This document shows, in pieces, positions 49,456-59,888 of a stretch of DNA of 64,000 nucleotides; position 1 is the stretch's first letter, and every line of letters begins with the position of its first letter. A program made the position numbers and the translations under genes. The notes below the pieces were generated by a model, which worked only from the letters and a program-made list of their open reading frames with translations, was not told where the DNA came from and did not search any database. Location: positions 2,651-66,650 of the forward strand of contig JARRKC010000014.1 in assembly GCA_037388505.1 (NCBI GenBank). The letters run 5' to 3'. The stretch comes from Acidobacteriota bacterium (GTDB lineage Bacteria > Acidobacteriota > UBA6911 > RPQK01 > JAPXNP01).

Positions 49456-50379
49456 ATGCACATTCTCTGCTTCGAAAGTGGAGGGACGAAGCTCGTGGCC
49501 TCCCTGGCCAATCTCGAGGGTCAGCTGACCGAGACTTCGGTGGAGGCAAGATCACCCGGCCAGAACGCCGAGGACACGCTGAACCAGTTAATTGGGATGG
49601 GCCGAAAGATCCTCGGTGGACGGGCGGTTTCCGCCATTGGCTTTGGATTTGGTGGCACCGTCCGGAGGTCGGACCGGCGCCCCACGCTTTGCTTCCATGA
49701 GGACGGTTGGCAGGCGACCGACGCAGGCGAGATCCTGGCGAACCGATTCGGTGTACCGGTCCTGATCGAGAATGACTGTAAACTCGCAGCCCTCGCGGAA
49801 GCCTGGCAGAATCAGCCTCCACCTTCCGGTTCCCTCCTCTATCTGACGATCGGGACCGGGATCGGCGCCGGAGTCGTCCGTAACGGCTACCTCGTCGAAT
49901 TGGGGAACCTCGGAGAGGCCGAACTGGGCCACGTCGTGGTCGAGCCTGACGGCCTGACCTGTGGCTGTGGCAATCGAGGCTGTCTCGAGGCGTACTGCTC
50001 GGGTCCAGGACTCGAGTCCCTGGCCCACCAGTTGACGGGCAGCGCCATCGACCCCGTGACCCTGATGGCGGGCTACCTTCGAGGGGGGCGCCGGGAAAGG
50101 AGAATCGTAGAGCAGGCTGCGGAGTATCTCGGTCGAGTCCTGGGCACGGCGGTCAATCTGTTCGCCCCCGAACAGATTGTGTTGGGGGGCGGGGTGATGA
50201 CCGGAAACGATCCCTTCCTCGAGTTGATCCGGGATCGCACCTCCCCATACGCTTTTCCCCCGTTCTGGTCGGATGTGCGACAGTTTCGTCTCTCCCGGCT
50301 TGGTCCGAACGTGGTCTGTCAGGGGGCTGCCATCTATGTATTGCAGCAGCACGGCCGAACTGGAGGCTCGGTGGGATAA
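49456..50379 (+). CDS. ROK family sugar kinase (glucokinase / N-acetylglucosamine kinase-like)
   Basis: Start at the internal Met (MHILCFESGGTKLVASL). ROK signature with Zn-binding CGCGNRGCLEAYCSG. Confidence 0.75.
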   Translation: MHILCFESGGTKLVASLANLEGQLTETSVEARSPGQNAEDTLNQLIGMGRKILGGRAVSAIGFGFGGTVRRSDRRPTLCFHEDGWQATDAGEILANRFGVPVLIENDCKLAALAEAWQNQPPPSGSLLYLTIGTGIGAGVVRNGYLVELGNLGEAELGHVVVEPDGLTCGCGNRGCLEAYCSGPGLESLAHQLTGSAIDPVTLMAGYLRGGRRERRIVEQAAEYLGRVLGTAVNLFAPEQIVLGGGVMTGNDPFLELIRDRTSPYAFPPFWSDVRQFRLSRLGPNVVCQGAAIYVLQQHGRTGGSVG

Positions 50380-50450
50380 GCGTCTCGCTTGTCTTCCCTG
50401 GAGGTCGTGACCTCTCGAGCGTGGTTCACCCCGAGCTCCGAAGATCAGCC

Positions 50451-50480
50451 GGGGGGAACGGGAGGACGGGAGAACCCGAG
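50451..50480. repeat. Third locus of the GGAGGACGGGAGAACC 16-mer (one exact unit with flanking partial units)
   Basis: ggggggaacgggaggacgggagaacccgag, ~70 bp downstream of the ROK kinase stop. Confidence 0.6.
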
Positions 50481-51100
50481 ATGGGCGACTTCGACGCCCC
50501 GGGAAGAGCTGGGAGCATATCCCACTCCCGGAACCCGGCTTGCGCTTCGCACTTCGCGGGTAGGGACCCCAGACTCGCCGGAGGGGGAGTTACCGGCGAG
50601 TCCGGGGGTGCAGAAAGGGGTCGGGTCTTTGTCAGTCCTGGTGCCCGCGTCCGAGACCGTCGAGCGGCGAATCAGTCAAGACGCGACCTGTCTGCAAGAG
50701 GTGCCAGATCACGACCCGGTGTGATCGGGCCGTGACCTCGTGCAGGTGTGAGAAGCGTTCCCTCTTCGATTGGATAGTGTCCGTGATTCCCATTACCAGA
50801 TCCACACACCGCAAATGCATCTTCCGTGCCAGAATCCCACCACAGCGCTTCTTCCGCCGCAGTCGCGGCCTCCGCGAGGCCGGCCGGTCTGCCGGACGAC
50901 AGGGGTGAGTCACAGTGACCCGGGGAGCGTGTCCGATCTCCCCGCGGGTCCTACAAAGCTGGTCTTCTGTCCTTGGGTTGGACTAGAATGCTTGTGGTGA
51001 CGCGCTCTCGCTGTCGGAAGGCTATATCGGCTTCTTGCAGTTGAACCAGATCATCGGCTCGACTTCGCGTACCGTCGCTACGAAGAGTGGGGAGTTGGAG

Positions 51101-52336
51101 ATGCCAGCCGAAGAGGTCTTCCTGGCAAGGCAACCGATTTTCGATCGTACCAAGGCGGTTCATGCTTATGAACTGCTCTTTCGAGCCAGCCTGGAAAACC
51201 GCGCAGAATTCGCCGACGGGAGTCGAGCGACTTCTCACGTCATCGACACCGGTTTCTTCACCATGGGTTTGGAGCGCCTGACCGCCGGAAAGCCCGCGTT
51301 CATCAATTTCCCCAGGGACCTCCTGCTCAGGGAGTGGGCGACGTTGCTTCCCCCTAAACTGGCCGTCATCGAGATCTTAGAGGAGGTCGTTCCGGAACCC
51401 GAGATCCTTAAAGCCCTTGCGAGACTCAAGGAGCAGGGCTACGTCCTGGCACTGGATGACTTCGTCTGCACCGATGGCTATGAGCCACTGATCAAGCTTG
51501 CGGACGTCATCAAGGTCGACTTCCTGTTGACCGAGCCGGACGTGCGTCGCCAGCTCCTCGATCAGTTGAGTCAACTGGGACACCCCGGGCTCTCCCTCCT
51601 GGCGGAGAAGGTCGAGACCTATTCGGAGTTCGAGGAAGCCCTGGAGCTCGGATTCCGATACTTTCAGGGGTACTTCTTCAGCAAGCCATCCGTGTTGTCC
51701 GCGCGTCGAATTCCTGCCCACAAGATGACTTATGTCAGAATCTTGCAGGAGATCCAGAATCCGGCGTTGGACTTCGGCAAGTTGGAAGAGGTGATCAAGG
51801 GAGATCTCTCACTGACGACGAAACTTCTTCAATATATCAATGCGGCGGCGTTCCCCTGGCGGCGCCGCATTGAATCGGTCAGGCAGGCACTCGTGCTCCT
51901 GGGCGAAACGCCGCTGCGGAAGTGGGTCTCCGTCGTGGCGCTTTCGGAAATGATGAGCGACAAACCACGGGAACTCGCGGTAACCGCCTGTGTCCGCGGG
52001 CATCTCTGTGAAGGACTGGGAGCCACCATGACCCCGCGCCCGTCGGAACTGGACTGCTTCCTGGTGGGATCCTTCTCGACGCTCAGTGCGATGCTGGACG
52101 TGGACCTCGAGGAAGGACTCAAGCAGCTTCCGCTCTCCCGGGACGTAGCCGACGCCCTGCGGGGCAAAGACAACCAATTTGGCCGGATGCTCAAGGCCGT
52201 CCTCGCTTACGAGCAGGCGCAGTGGGCGGAAGCTGCGGCCCTGACCAAGTCCCTCGGCATTGCCGAGGACGTCCTGCCCAATCTCTACGTCGATGCCGTC
52301 AAATGGGCCGACCGAATCTTCGAGACGTCTCTCTGA
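51101..52336 (+). CDS. EAL-like domain + HDOD domain protein (c-di-GMP-related signalling)
   Basis: Start at the internal Met (MPAEEVFLARQPIFDR...YELLFR). EAL-type fold with variant ELL and DDFVCTDGY motifs; C-terminal HDOD region. Confidence 0.65.
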   Translation: MPAEEVFLARQPIFDRTKAVHAYELLFRASLENRAEFADGSRATSHVIDTGFFTMGLERLTAGKPAFINFPRDLLLREWATLLPPKLAVIEILEEVVPEPEILKALARLKEQGYVLALDDFVCTDGYEPLIKLADVIKVDFLLTEPDVRRQLLDQLSQLGHPGLSLLAEKVETYSEFEEALELGFRYFQGYFFSKPSVLSARRIPAHKMTYVRILQEIQNPALDFGKLEEVIKGDLSLTTKLLQYINAAAFPWRRRIESVRQALVLLGETPLRKWVSVVALSEMMSDKPRELAVTACVRGHLCEGLGATMTPRPSELDCFLVGSFSTLSAMLDVDLEEGLKQLPLSRDVADALRGKDNQFGRMLKAVLAYEQAQWAEAAALTKSLGIAEDVLPNLYVDAVKWADRIFETSL

Positions 52337-52374
52337 TCCGCAGGCTCCAGCAGCCTGCGCGTCCCCTCCTTCAG

Positions 52375-53535
52375 CTAGTCCAGTCGCTTCTTGAATCGAA
52401 GAGCGCTGAACAGGAGCACCGCGAAACCCAGAATGAACAGGCCCAGCATCTGGGGCCACAGGATCTCGAAACCGACGCCCTTCAGAAAGACGCCTCGGGA
52501 GATCTCCAGGAAGTACCGGACAGCGTTCAGGTAGGTCAGGTACTGGACCGGCAGCGGCATATTGCGGATTGGAAAGGCAAAACCGCTCAACATGAAGGCA
52601 GGAAGGAAGAAGAAGAACGATCCCATCACCGCCTGCTGCTGCGTGTTCGACACAGTGGAGATCAGCAGACCCGTACCAAGCGTACTCAGCAGGAACAGGA
52701 TGCTGCCGGCAAGGAGTACCAGAGGGCTCCCTCGAAACGGAATGCCGAAGACGAGGAGCGCAATCCCCGTAACGAAGATCACTTCCACGATCCCGATCAC
52801 AGCAAAAGGCAGGGTCTTGCCGAGGATCAGCTCCGACGCACGGATCGGGGTCACCATCAGCTGCTCCAGCGTCCCGATCTCCTTCTCCCGCACTACGGCC
52901 ATGGCCGTCAGCATGATCGTGACCAACGCGATGATGTTGACCACCACTCCCGGCACGAAGTAGTCCTGGCTCCGCAGCTCGGGATTGAACCAGATGCGGC
53001 TCTCGAGGCGGATACCCGCCTCCGGCAGTCGCACGGCGCTTCCTTTCTGGGACGTGACGCTCACCAGTCGTGACGCGATCTGCTCACGTGCCTTCCTTTC
53101 GGCGAAGCCGGCCACGATCCGGCTGATGTAGTTCGCCGCGATGGCGGCGGTATTCGAATCCGTGCCGTCAAGGAGAGCTTGGATCGCCGGCTTTCTTCCC
53201 TTTTCAAGGTCGGCTTCGAAACTTTCAGGGACCCGAACGACAGCCAGAACCTGCCCTCGGTCGAGGATCTGCTCGACCCGGGCCTCGTCTTCCAACTCGC
53301 GGACGATTGTGAAATAGGGGGAAGCCTGAAAACCGGCAAGCAGCTCGCGGCTTGCCGGGCTCCGGTCCCGATCCATCCATGCCAGTCGGCTGTTTTCGAC
53401 GTCGAGGTTGACGGCATAGCCGAAGATGATCAACTGAAGGATGGGCGGACCGACCAGCAGGGCACGGGCACGGGGCTCCCGCAGAACCTGGAGGATCTCC
53501 TTCTTGAAGATGACTCCTATGCGACCGAGCCTCAT
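52375..53535 (-). CDS. ABC-2 type transporter permease (YbhR/YbhS-like)
   Basis: 386 aa; N-terminal TM, large periplasmic loop, then 5 C-terminal TM helices. Confidence 0.75.
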   Translation of the reverse strand: MRLGRIGVIFKKEILQVLREPRARALLVGPPILQLIIFGYAVNLDVENSRLAWMDRDRSPASRELLAGFQASPYFTIVRELEDEARVEQILDRGQVLAVVRVPESFEADLEKGRKPAIQALLDGTDSNTAAIAANYISRIVAGFAERKAREQIASRLVSVTSQKGSAVRLPEAGIRLESRIWFNPELRSQDYFVPGVVVNIIALVTIMLTAMAVVREKEIGTLEQLMVTPIRASELILGKTLPFAVIGIVEVIFVTGIALLVFGIPFRGSPLVLLAGSILFLLSTLGTGLLISTVSNTQQQAVMGSFFFFLPAFMLSGFAFPIRNMPLPVQYLTYLNAVRYFLEISRGVFLKGVGFEILWPQMLGLFILGFAVLLFSALRFKKRLD

Positions 53536-54665
53536 GCGATCTTACCCTTCACCTTTTGGGTCGCTGCAAGCGCCACGACAACGGCAAAGATCGTTAGAAA
53601 GAGGATTTCGATTCCGATGACCGACATACCCACCCCTTTCAGGAAAATGTCTTTCAGAACCGTGACGAAGTAGCGCGCCGGAATCACATACGTGAAGGCC
53701 TGAACCGGGACGGGCATGTTCTGAATGGCGAAGACGAAACCCGAGAGGAGAAACGCGGGCAGGAACGACGAGACCATCCCCAGCTGAAAAGCAAGCAACT
53801 GACTACGGACTGTTGCGGAAAGAAAGATCCCCCAGCACAGTGCGCCGGCCATGAACACGAAACAGCTGACGGCCAGGAGCAGAAGGTTTCCGCGGAGAGG
53901 GACTCCGAAAACGAACACCCCGAGGACCACTGCCAGAAGAGTATCGGCCATGCCCAGGGCGAAATATGCGGACATCTTGCCCAAAACCAGCTCTAGGGGC
54001 CGGACGGGACTTGAAAGGAGCTGCTCCATCGTTCCCATCTCCCATTCTCGGGCGATCGTCAGCGAAGTGAGAAGCGCGGCGATGATCATCAGAATGACCG
54101 CGATCAATCCGGGCACGATGTAGTTCTTCGACTCAAGTGTCGTGTTGTACCAGATCCGCGGCCTCAACTGGAGCGGCGACTCGAAGCTTCTTCCCAATTG
54201 GTGCTCCAGGATCCGGTCCCGAATCTGCTGAGACCAGTCGGCCGTGATTCCGGTGGCATATCCGAGAGCGATGGACGCTGTATTGGAATCGGTCCCGTCC
54301 AAAAGCAGTTGAACGACCCCGACATCGCCGCGGCGAAGATCAGCGCCGTAGTTCCTTGGAATCGTGAGAACGGCCAGGCAGGTCCCTCGATCAATGAGTG
54401 CTTCCGCCTCCGCGTAGTTATCGATTGTCGTGACCAAATCGAAGTAGCGGGAGCCCGAGAAGCGCGAGGCCAGTTCGCGACTGTCGGGCGTCCGATCCTG
54501 GTCGAACAGGGCAAGCGGAATCCGGTCCACATCCAGCGTCAGAGCATAGCCGAAGAGTGCCATCATCACCACCGGTAACGCCAGGGACATCGCCAAGCTG
54601 CGGGGATCCCTGAGGATGTGCAGGAATTCCTTGCGGGCGATCGCTCGAAAACGCCGGAAGCTCAC
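53532..54665 (-). CDS. ABC-2 type transporter permease (YbhS/YbhR-like)
   Basis: 377 aa; same architecture as the neighbouring permease. 4-nt overlaps with both neighbours. Confidence 0.75.
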   Translation of the reverse strand: MSFRRFRAIARKEFLHILRDPRSLAMSLALPVVMMALFGYALTLDVDRIPLALFDQDRTPDSRELASRFSGSRYFDLVTTIDNYAEAEALIDRGTCLAVLTIPRNYGADLRRGDVGVVQLLLDGTDSNTASIALGYATGITADWSQQIRDRILEHQLGRSFESPLQLRPRIWYNTTLESKNYIVPGLIAVILMIIAALLTSLTIAREWEMGTMEQLLSSPVRPLELVLGKMSAYFALGMADTLLAVVLGVFVFGVPLRGNLLLLAVSCFVFMAGALCWGIFLSATVRSQLLAFQLGMVSSFLPAFLLSGFVFAIQNMPVPVQAFTYVIPARYFVTVLKDIFLKGVGMSVIGIEILFLTIFAVVVALAATQKVKGKIA

Positions 54666-55606
54666 CGTCGCTCTCCTCTCTGCGCCTCTTCCACCCGCAA
54701 CACGAAGACGTCCTCGATGCTTGGCCGAACCTCCTCCAGCCTGCGCACCGTGATTCCCCGTTCCCGGAATTTCCGACGAATCGCAGATTCTGCCTCCTCG
54801 ATGTCCCGGGTGCGGATGCGTAGACCGTTCCCAAAGATCGCCAGATCCAAAACCGCCTCGTCACCTTCCAGAAGACGCATACCGGCCAGCATGTCGGAGG
54901 ATTCGAGCTGAAGAAACCGACTGTCGGAAAGACTTCGTCTCAGCCCCGCAGGAGCATCCAGCGCGATGATGGCGCCGGCATCCATGAGGGCCAGCCGATG
55001 ACAGTACTCGGCCTCGTCCATGTAGTGGGTCGTCACAAAGATGGTCCGTCCTTCCCCGGAAAGCTGGTAGATCAGATCCCAGAAGCGCCGCCTCGCCAGC
55101 GGGTCGACGCCGGAGGTCGGCTCGTCCAGAAACAAGATCGGCGGTTCGTGGAGAATCGCGCAGCCGAGCGCGAGTCGCTGTTTCCATCCGCCCGGAAGGA
55201 GAGAGGTCCCCGTGCGGCGTCGATCGCCCAGGTCGAGCAGGTCCAGGATTTCCTCTTTTCGCTTCTTTCTCCGGCTGTTGGAGAGCCCGTAGATCCCGGA
55301 AAAGAAGTCGAGGTTCTCCTCTACCGTCAGTTCATCATAGAGTGAGAACTTTTGGGACATGTAGCCGATCGTCTGTTTGATGCTCTCCGGCTGACGGTAA
55401 ACGTCGAAGCCGCCGACCCGGGCTTCTCCTGAAGTCGGTGCGAGAAGGCCACACAACATGCGGATCGTGGTCGATTTCCCCGCCCCGTTCGAGCCCAGGA
55501 AGCCGAAGACCTCTCCCGCATGAACCGAAAAGGTTACGCGATCGACGGCTACGAAATCGCCGAACTTCCGTGTCAGGTCGCGGGTTTCGACAGTGATCTC
55601 GTCCAT
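54662..55606 (-). CDS. ABC transporter ATP-binding protein
   Basis: 314 aa; GSNGAGKSTT Walker A, LSGGWKQRLAL signature, LFLDEPTSGVD Walker B. Confidence 0.85.
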   Translation of the reverse strand: MDEITVETRDLTRKFGDFVAVDRVTFSVHAGEVFGFLGSNGAGKSTTIRMLCGLLAPTSGEARVGGFDVYRQPESIKQTIGYMSQKFSLYDELTVEENLDFFSGIYGLSNSRRKKRKEEILDLLDLGDRRRTGTSLLPGGWKQRLALGCAILHEPPILFLDEPTSGVDPLARRRFWDLIYQLSGEGRTIFVTTHYMDEAEYCHRLALMDAGAIIALDAPAGLRRSLSDSRFLQLESSDMLAGMRLLEGDEAVLDLAIFGNGLRIRTRDIEEAESAIRRKFRERGITVRRLEEVRPSIEDVFVLRVEEAQRGERR

Positions 55607-56556
55607 TAGACCGCTCTCTCTGCCGTCAGCGTGATGAAAACGTCTTCCACCGAGGTCGGCACCGGCTCGATCGAGACTTTGCCATATCCTCTCGACTCGA
55701 GGAATCGATTCAACTCGCTGACCGTGACTTCGGGCTCGAGCATGACTCGGACACTCGCCCCGGACGGGCGAACGCTTTGAGCCGGAGGCCAGTCTTCGAG
55801 CACCCGCCGACAGCCGCGCACGTCATCGCAATGCAGCCGGAAACACCGGCCCGTCACATGCCCGCCAAGTGCGTCGGGAGCGTCACACAGGATCAGCCGC
55901 CCCTCGTGCATCAGACCGACCCGATTGCAGCGCTCGGCCTCGTCCAGATAGGCCGTCGAGACAACCACCGTCAGCCCCCTTCTGACCAACTGGTAAAGGA
56001 TGACCCAAAAGTCCCTTCGCGAAATCGGATCGACGCCGTTCGTCGGCTCATCCAGGAAAAGCACCTCCGGCTCGTGCAGGAGCGCGCACATGAGCGCCAG
56101 CTTTTGCTTCATTCCGCCCGACAGTTTGCCCGCTTGCCGATCGCGAAAGGGTGCCATCCGCGTCATGGAGAGTAGCTGCTCCATGAGATCGGCTCTCTTC
56201 TCGTCGCGAAGGCTGAACAGCTCCGCATAGAAATCGAGATTCTCCTTGACCGTCAGGTCGACGTAGAGCCCAAAGCGCTGAGCCATATAGCCGATGCGAT
56301 CTCTCACCCGTGCAGGCTCCCGAGCCACATCCAGTCCGCAGACTTCGACGGACCCGTCGGACGGGTCCATCAGTCCACAGAGCAGCCGCATCGTGGTCGT
56401 CTTCCCCGCCCCATCGGGACCCACCAGACCGAAGATCTCCCCTGAACGAATCTCGAGATTCAGCGAGTCGACGGCTGTCAGTTCGCCGAACCGCCGGGTC
56501 AGGCCCCGCACGCGAACCACCACCGACGTTTCCGCGGTATTACCGGCCTGCTTCAC
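55606..56556 (-). CDS. ABC transporter ATP-binding protein
   Basis: 316 aa; GPDGAGKTTT, LSGGMKQKLAL, LFLDEPTNGVD. Confidence 0.85.
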   Translation of the reverse strand: MKQAGNTAETSVVVRVRGLTRRFGELTAVDSLNLEIRSGEIFGLVGPDGAGKTTTMRLLCGLMDPSDGSVEVCGLDVAREPARVRDRIGYMAQRFGLYVDLTVKENLDFYAELFSLRDEKRADLMEQLLSMTRMAPFRDRQAGKLSGGMKQKLALMCALLHEPEVLFLDEPTNGVDPISRRDFWVILYQLVRRGLTVVVSTAYLDEAERCNRVGLMHEGRLILCDAPDALGGHVTGRCFRLHCDDVRGCRRVLEDWPPAQSVRPSGASVRVMLEPEVTVSELNRFLESRGYGKVSIEPVPTSVEDVFITLTAERAV

Positions 56557-57770
56557 CGACCTCCCTTCCCATCCAGGAGCAGCTCGGCATTGACCGGCAT
56601 ATTCAGCTTGAGCTCCTGTTCTGGATTGGCGATGTCGACCTTGATGCGGTAAACGAGCTTGACCCGCTCCTGCTGTGTTTCGATTTGTTTCGGAGTGAAT
56701 TCCGCCTCGGAAGCGATAAAGGAAACCCGCCCATCGTAAGCCTTGTTCGGGTACGAATCGGTCGTGACTCTCACCGGCATCCCCAACTTGACACGACCGA
56801 GCTGTGTTTCGGGAATGTAGCCCCGCACCCAGGGATGAGCCAGGTCTCCCAGCGTGACCACCGACGAACCTGCTGCCACGACTTCGTCTTCCTCGGCCGA
56901 CTTCACCAGCACGACGCCGTCGAAGGGTGCCAAGGCGCTGGTATCGTCGATCTGAGTTTCGATTTGAGCGATGCGGGCTCTCAGAGCCTCGGCCTCGGTC
57001 TCGAGTGTCTTGAGCGCCTGCTGGTTCCGCTCGATCTCGAGGTGGGTCGACTCGGTCTGTTTCAGGGCTGCCTTGGCCCGGCTGAGATTCTCCCGTGCGA
57101 CCTGGATGTCTTGCCGACGTGGTCCTTCCACGACCAGGTTGTATCGCTCACGGGCCTGCTTCGCGGCGCCCTGAGCAGTCTCATACGCGGAGCGGCTCTG
57201 ATCGTGCTGAGCTCGAGAGATGTCTTCGGTCGCAAACAGGTCTTGCGCGCGCTGCCAGTCTTTTTGGGCTCTGTCGAAGGAGGCTTCTGCAATGGCAACA
57301 GCGGCTTGAGCTTCTTGAATTTCCTGCGGTCGCGATCCCTCGAGCAGACGGTCGAGGGTCGCCTGCGCCTGACCGATCTCGGCCTGACGCTGCTCGATCT
57401 GGGCTTCCAGACTCTGTTTCTGGAACGCGATGAGAGTCTGCAGCTCCTTCTTCCGTGACGCATTGCCACGCAGCTGTGCTTCAGCCTCACGCTTTTGATC
57501 CTGAAGCTGCCGGTCGTCCAGGCGCGCGACCAACTGGGACTTCTGGACGGAATCTCCCTCATCGACCAGCAGTTCGACCATCCGACCTGGGAATTTAAAG
57601 GCGACATCGGTCTGCAGCAGCTCGATATTGCCGGTGAAGACGATCCCGTTCTGATCGCCGTTCAGACCGCTGCGCGGCCAGAAAACGACCGCGAGTATCG
57701 CTGCTGCGGCTAACACCGTGAGAATGATGACGAAGCGCCATTTCTTCATGACACGTCCTTCCAGGCTCAA
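56553..57770 (-). CDS. HlyD-family membrane fusion protein (YbhG-like)
   Basis: 405 aa; N-terminal TM anchor, long coiled-coil, barrel-sandwich hybrid. Confidence 0.8.
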   Translation of the reverse strand: MSLEGRVMKKWRFVIILTVLAAAAILAVVFWPRSGLNGDQNGIVFTGNIELLQTDVAFKFPGRMVELLVDEGDSVQKSQLVARLDDRQLQDQKREAEAQLRGNASRKKELQTLIAFQKQSLEAQIEQRQAEIGQAQATLDRLLEGSRPQEIQEAQAAVAIAEASFDRAQKDWQRAQDLFATEDISRAQHDQSRSAYETAQGAAKQARERYNLVVEGPRRQDIQVARENLSRAKAALKQTESTHLEIERNQQALKTLETEAEALRARIAQIETQIDDTSALAPFDGVVLVKSAEEDEVVAAGSSVVTLGDLAHPWVRGYIPETQLGRVKLGMPVRVTTDSYPNKAYDGRVSFIASEAEFTPKQIETQQERVKLVYRIKVDIANPEQELKLNMPVNAELLLDGKGGR

Positions 57771-59128
57771 GGGTTCAAGTCTCGGATGAGTGTCCCCGTT
57801 GATTCAGCCAACTGGATCCGGGAGAGGTTGAATCGATAGAGGGCCGAGATCCGGCTCTCGTCGGCCTCCGCCAGATGTGTCTGAGCCTCGGTCACTTCCA
57901 GACTCGTGGTCACGCCCGCCCGATAGCGTCGCTCAGCCTGCTGCAACTCGCGCTCGGCCAGCGCCTTTCCCTGATCCGCCACGGTCAGCTGATCCCGGGC
58001 GAGGCGCAGCGCGGAGAGTGCCAGCCGGACCTCGAGGCTGATCTGCTCTTGCAGGTCCTGTACTTTGACCCGTTCCTGGCGGACTCGAATCGATTCCTCT
58101 CCTCTCCTCGCGTCCATGGCACCCCCGTCGAAGATCGGAATTTCAAGAGTCACACCTGCGGCCCAGGTCGGAATGCTGTTGGCCGCGCCCGGGCCGATGG
58201 TGCCATAGTTGGCGAATCCCACCAGAGCCGGCATACGCTCAGCCTTGGCTGCCGAGTAGGCCCGTCTCGCGGCTTCCAGCCTGCTCAGTTGAGACTGCAG
58301 ATCGCTACGGTGTTCCAGGGCGCGATCCACAGCAGCCTGTTCGTTTGGGATCGGCAGATCCGAAGGCTGCTCCAGATCGTCGGTCAGGATGAGATCCTCC
58401 GTCAGTTCGACGCCCAGCCACCGCTTCAACCGGAGAAGCGAGGTCGCATGTGCTTCGCGGGCGGCAAGATAGACCTGCTCTTGCTGTGAGAGCTTCACCT
58501 CGGCTCGCGTGACTTCGACGGCGATTCCCGTGCCCGTTTCCAGCTGGTGACGAGCCAGATCCAGGAGCTCGCGGGCGAGGTCGCGGTTGGCCGTCGCCGT
58601 CTCCACCCGTGCCCGATCACGCAGAACCGCCAGATAGGCTGAAGCCGTGGCTCCAGCCACTGAGTCGCGGACATTCTCGCCGGCCAGCTCTGAAGTCCGG
58701 ATGGCCTCGCGCGCTGAGCGGAAACGCTGGAACAGGCTCCAGTTAAACACCACCTGATTGACGGAACCGCGGGCATCGAAGGTGGAGAAAGGACCCACCA
58801 GAGTGGAAGGCAGGATCGCGCGGGCGAAATCGAGACCCTGGGCCTCGAGATTGACCGTCTGGCGGCGCTGCGCAACAGACCCGGCCACCTGAGGCAGAAG
58901 ACCGGAGCGCACTTCGGCGGCCCGCGCTCGACTCTCGGCCACGGTTTCATCAGCCAACCGAACCTGTGGGTTGCCCTGCTCCGAAAGTGCCAGGGCGACA
59001 GCCTCGCGCAAGCCTAGGGATCGAATCTCCCCGTGCAGGGAAGCCGCCGCCAGTGCAAAAACCGGAATTCCGACGAGGAACAGGAGTTGACTACGTCTCA
59101 CAAAATACATCGCCTCTCCTTCTGTCAT
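57767..59128 (-). CDS. TolC-like outer-membrane efflux protein
   Basis: 453 aa; signal peptide and two OEP repeats. Confidence 0.75.
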   Translation of the reverse strand: MTEGEAMYFVRRSQLLFLVGIPVFALAAASLHGEIRSLGLREAVALALSEQGNPQVRLADETVAESRARAAEVRSGLLPQVAGSVAQRRQTVNLEAQGLDFARAILPSTLVGPFSTFDARGSVNQVVFNWSLFQRFRSAREAIRTSELAGENVRDSVAGATASAYLAVLRDRARVETATANRDLARELLDLARHQLETGTGIAVEVTRAEVKLSQQEQVYLAAREAHATSLLRLKRWLGVELTEDLILTDDLEQPSDLPIPNEQAAVDRALEHRSDLQSQLSRLEAARRAYSAAKAERMPALVGFANYGTIGPGAANSIPTWAAGVTLEIPIFDGGAMDARRGEESIRVRQERVKVQDLQEQISLEVRLALSALRLARDQLTVADQGKALAERELQQAERRYRAGVTTSLEVTEAQTHLAEADESRISALYRFNLSRIQLAESTGTLIRDLNP

Positions 59129-59733
59129 TCCTGCTGAAAACGGCGCCGACCCTCATCGGTGAGGATCCCGTTGGTGAGTACGCTCATGATGCCCCTGAAC
59201 ACCTGGGCCGCCGTGAAGGGCACCCTCGCCAACACCTCTGGACTAACTGCCCTGTGAACGAGGGTATTCAAAAGAAGGAGGAAAAGATCGAGGTTGAGAT
59301 CCGATCGAAACAGACCTCCGGCCTGGCCATCCGTAAAGATAGACCGAAAGAAAGTCTGGATGTTCTGTGTTCTATGCTGATCAATTTCATCCCACAACTC
59401 GGGAGCACTACGCTGCATGTCGAGGAGAAACTGCCGAGAAGGCCGCGGCAACGCCTCCGAAATGAATGGAATCACCCGCTGGAGCTTCTCGATGGGATTC
59501 AGGTCCCGGTTCTCGGCGATCGCCGTCAAACCGCTGGTGATGATCCCGACCTGTTGCATCAGTGCGGCTCGGAGCAGCTCCCTCTTACTCGGAAAGTGCT
59601 CGTAAACGGTGCGTTTGCTCATCCCCAGCTCGTAGGCGAGCTCGTCCATAGTCACATGGACAAACCCGCGCGCGAGGAACATCTCACGGCCCTTCTGAAG
59701 AATGCGATCGGCTGCCGTACTCGTGTCCGTCAT
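59125..59733 (-). CDS. TetR/AcrR family transcriptional regulator
   Basis: 202 aa; N-terminal HTH (FVHVTMDELAYELGMSKRTVYEHFPSKRELL). First gene of the efflux string. Confidence 0.8.
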   Translation of the reverse strand: MTDTSTAADRILQKGREMFLARGFVHVTMDELAYELGMSKRTVYEHFPSKRELLRAALMQQVGIITSGLTAIAENRDLNPIEKLQRVIPFISEALPRPSRQFLLDMQRSAPELWDEIDQHRTQNIQTFFRSIFTDGQAGGLFRSDLNLDLFLLLLNTLVHRAVSPEVLARVPFTAAQVFRGIMSVLTNGILTDEGRRRFQQE

Positions 59734-59888
59734 GGTTTTAAACCGGAAAAACGCAATCAGTATTTATAGTTTTCTCGGGATTGTCAACCTGAATGAACCG
59801 GTACGGGCTATTCGACATCGAAATGAGCTCTTTGCCACGTAAAACTTAGCATCGACAATCGCCCCGGTCCCTTATAGAATCTTGCGGC

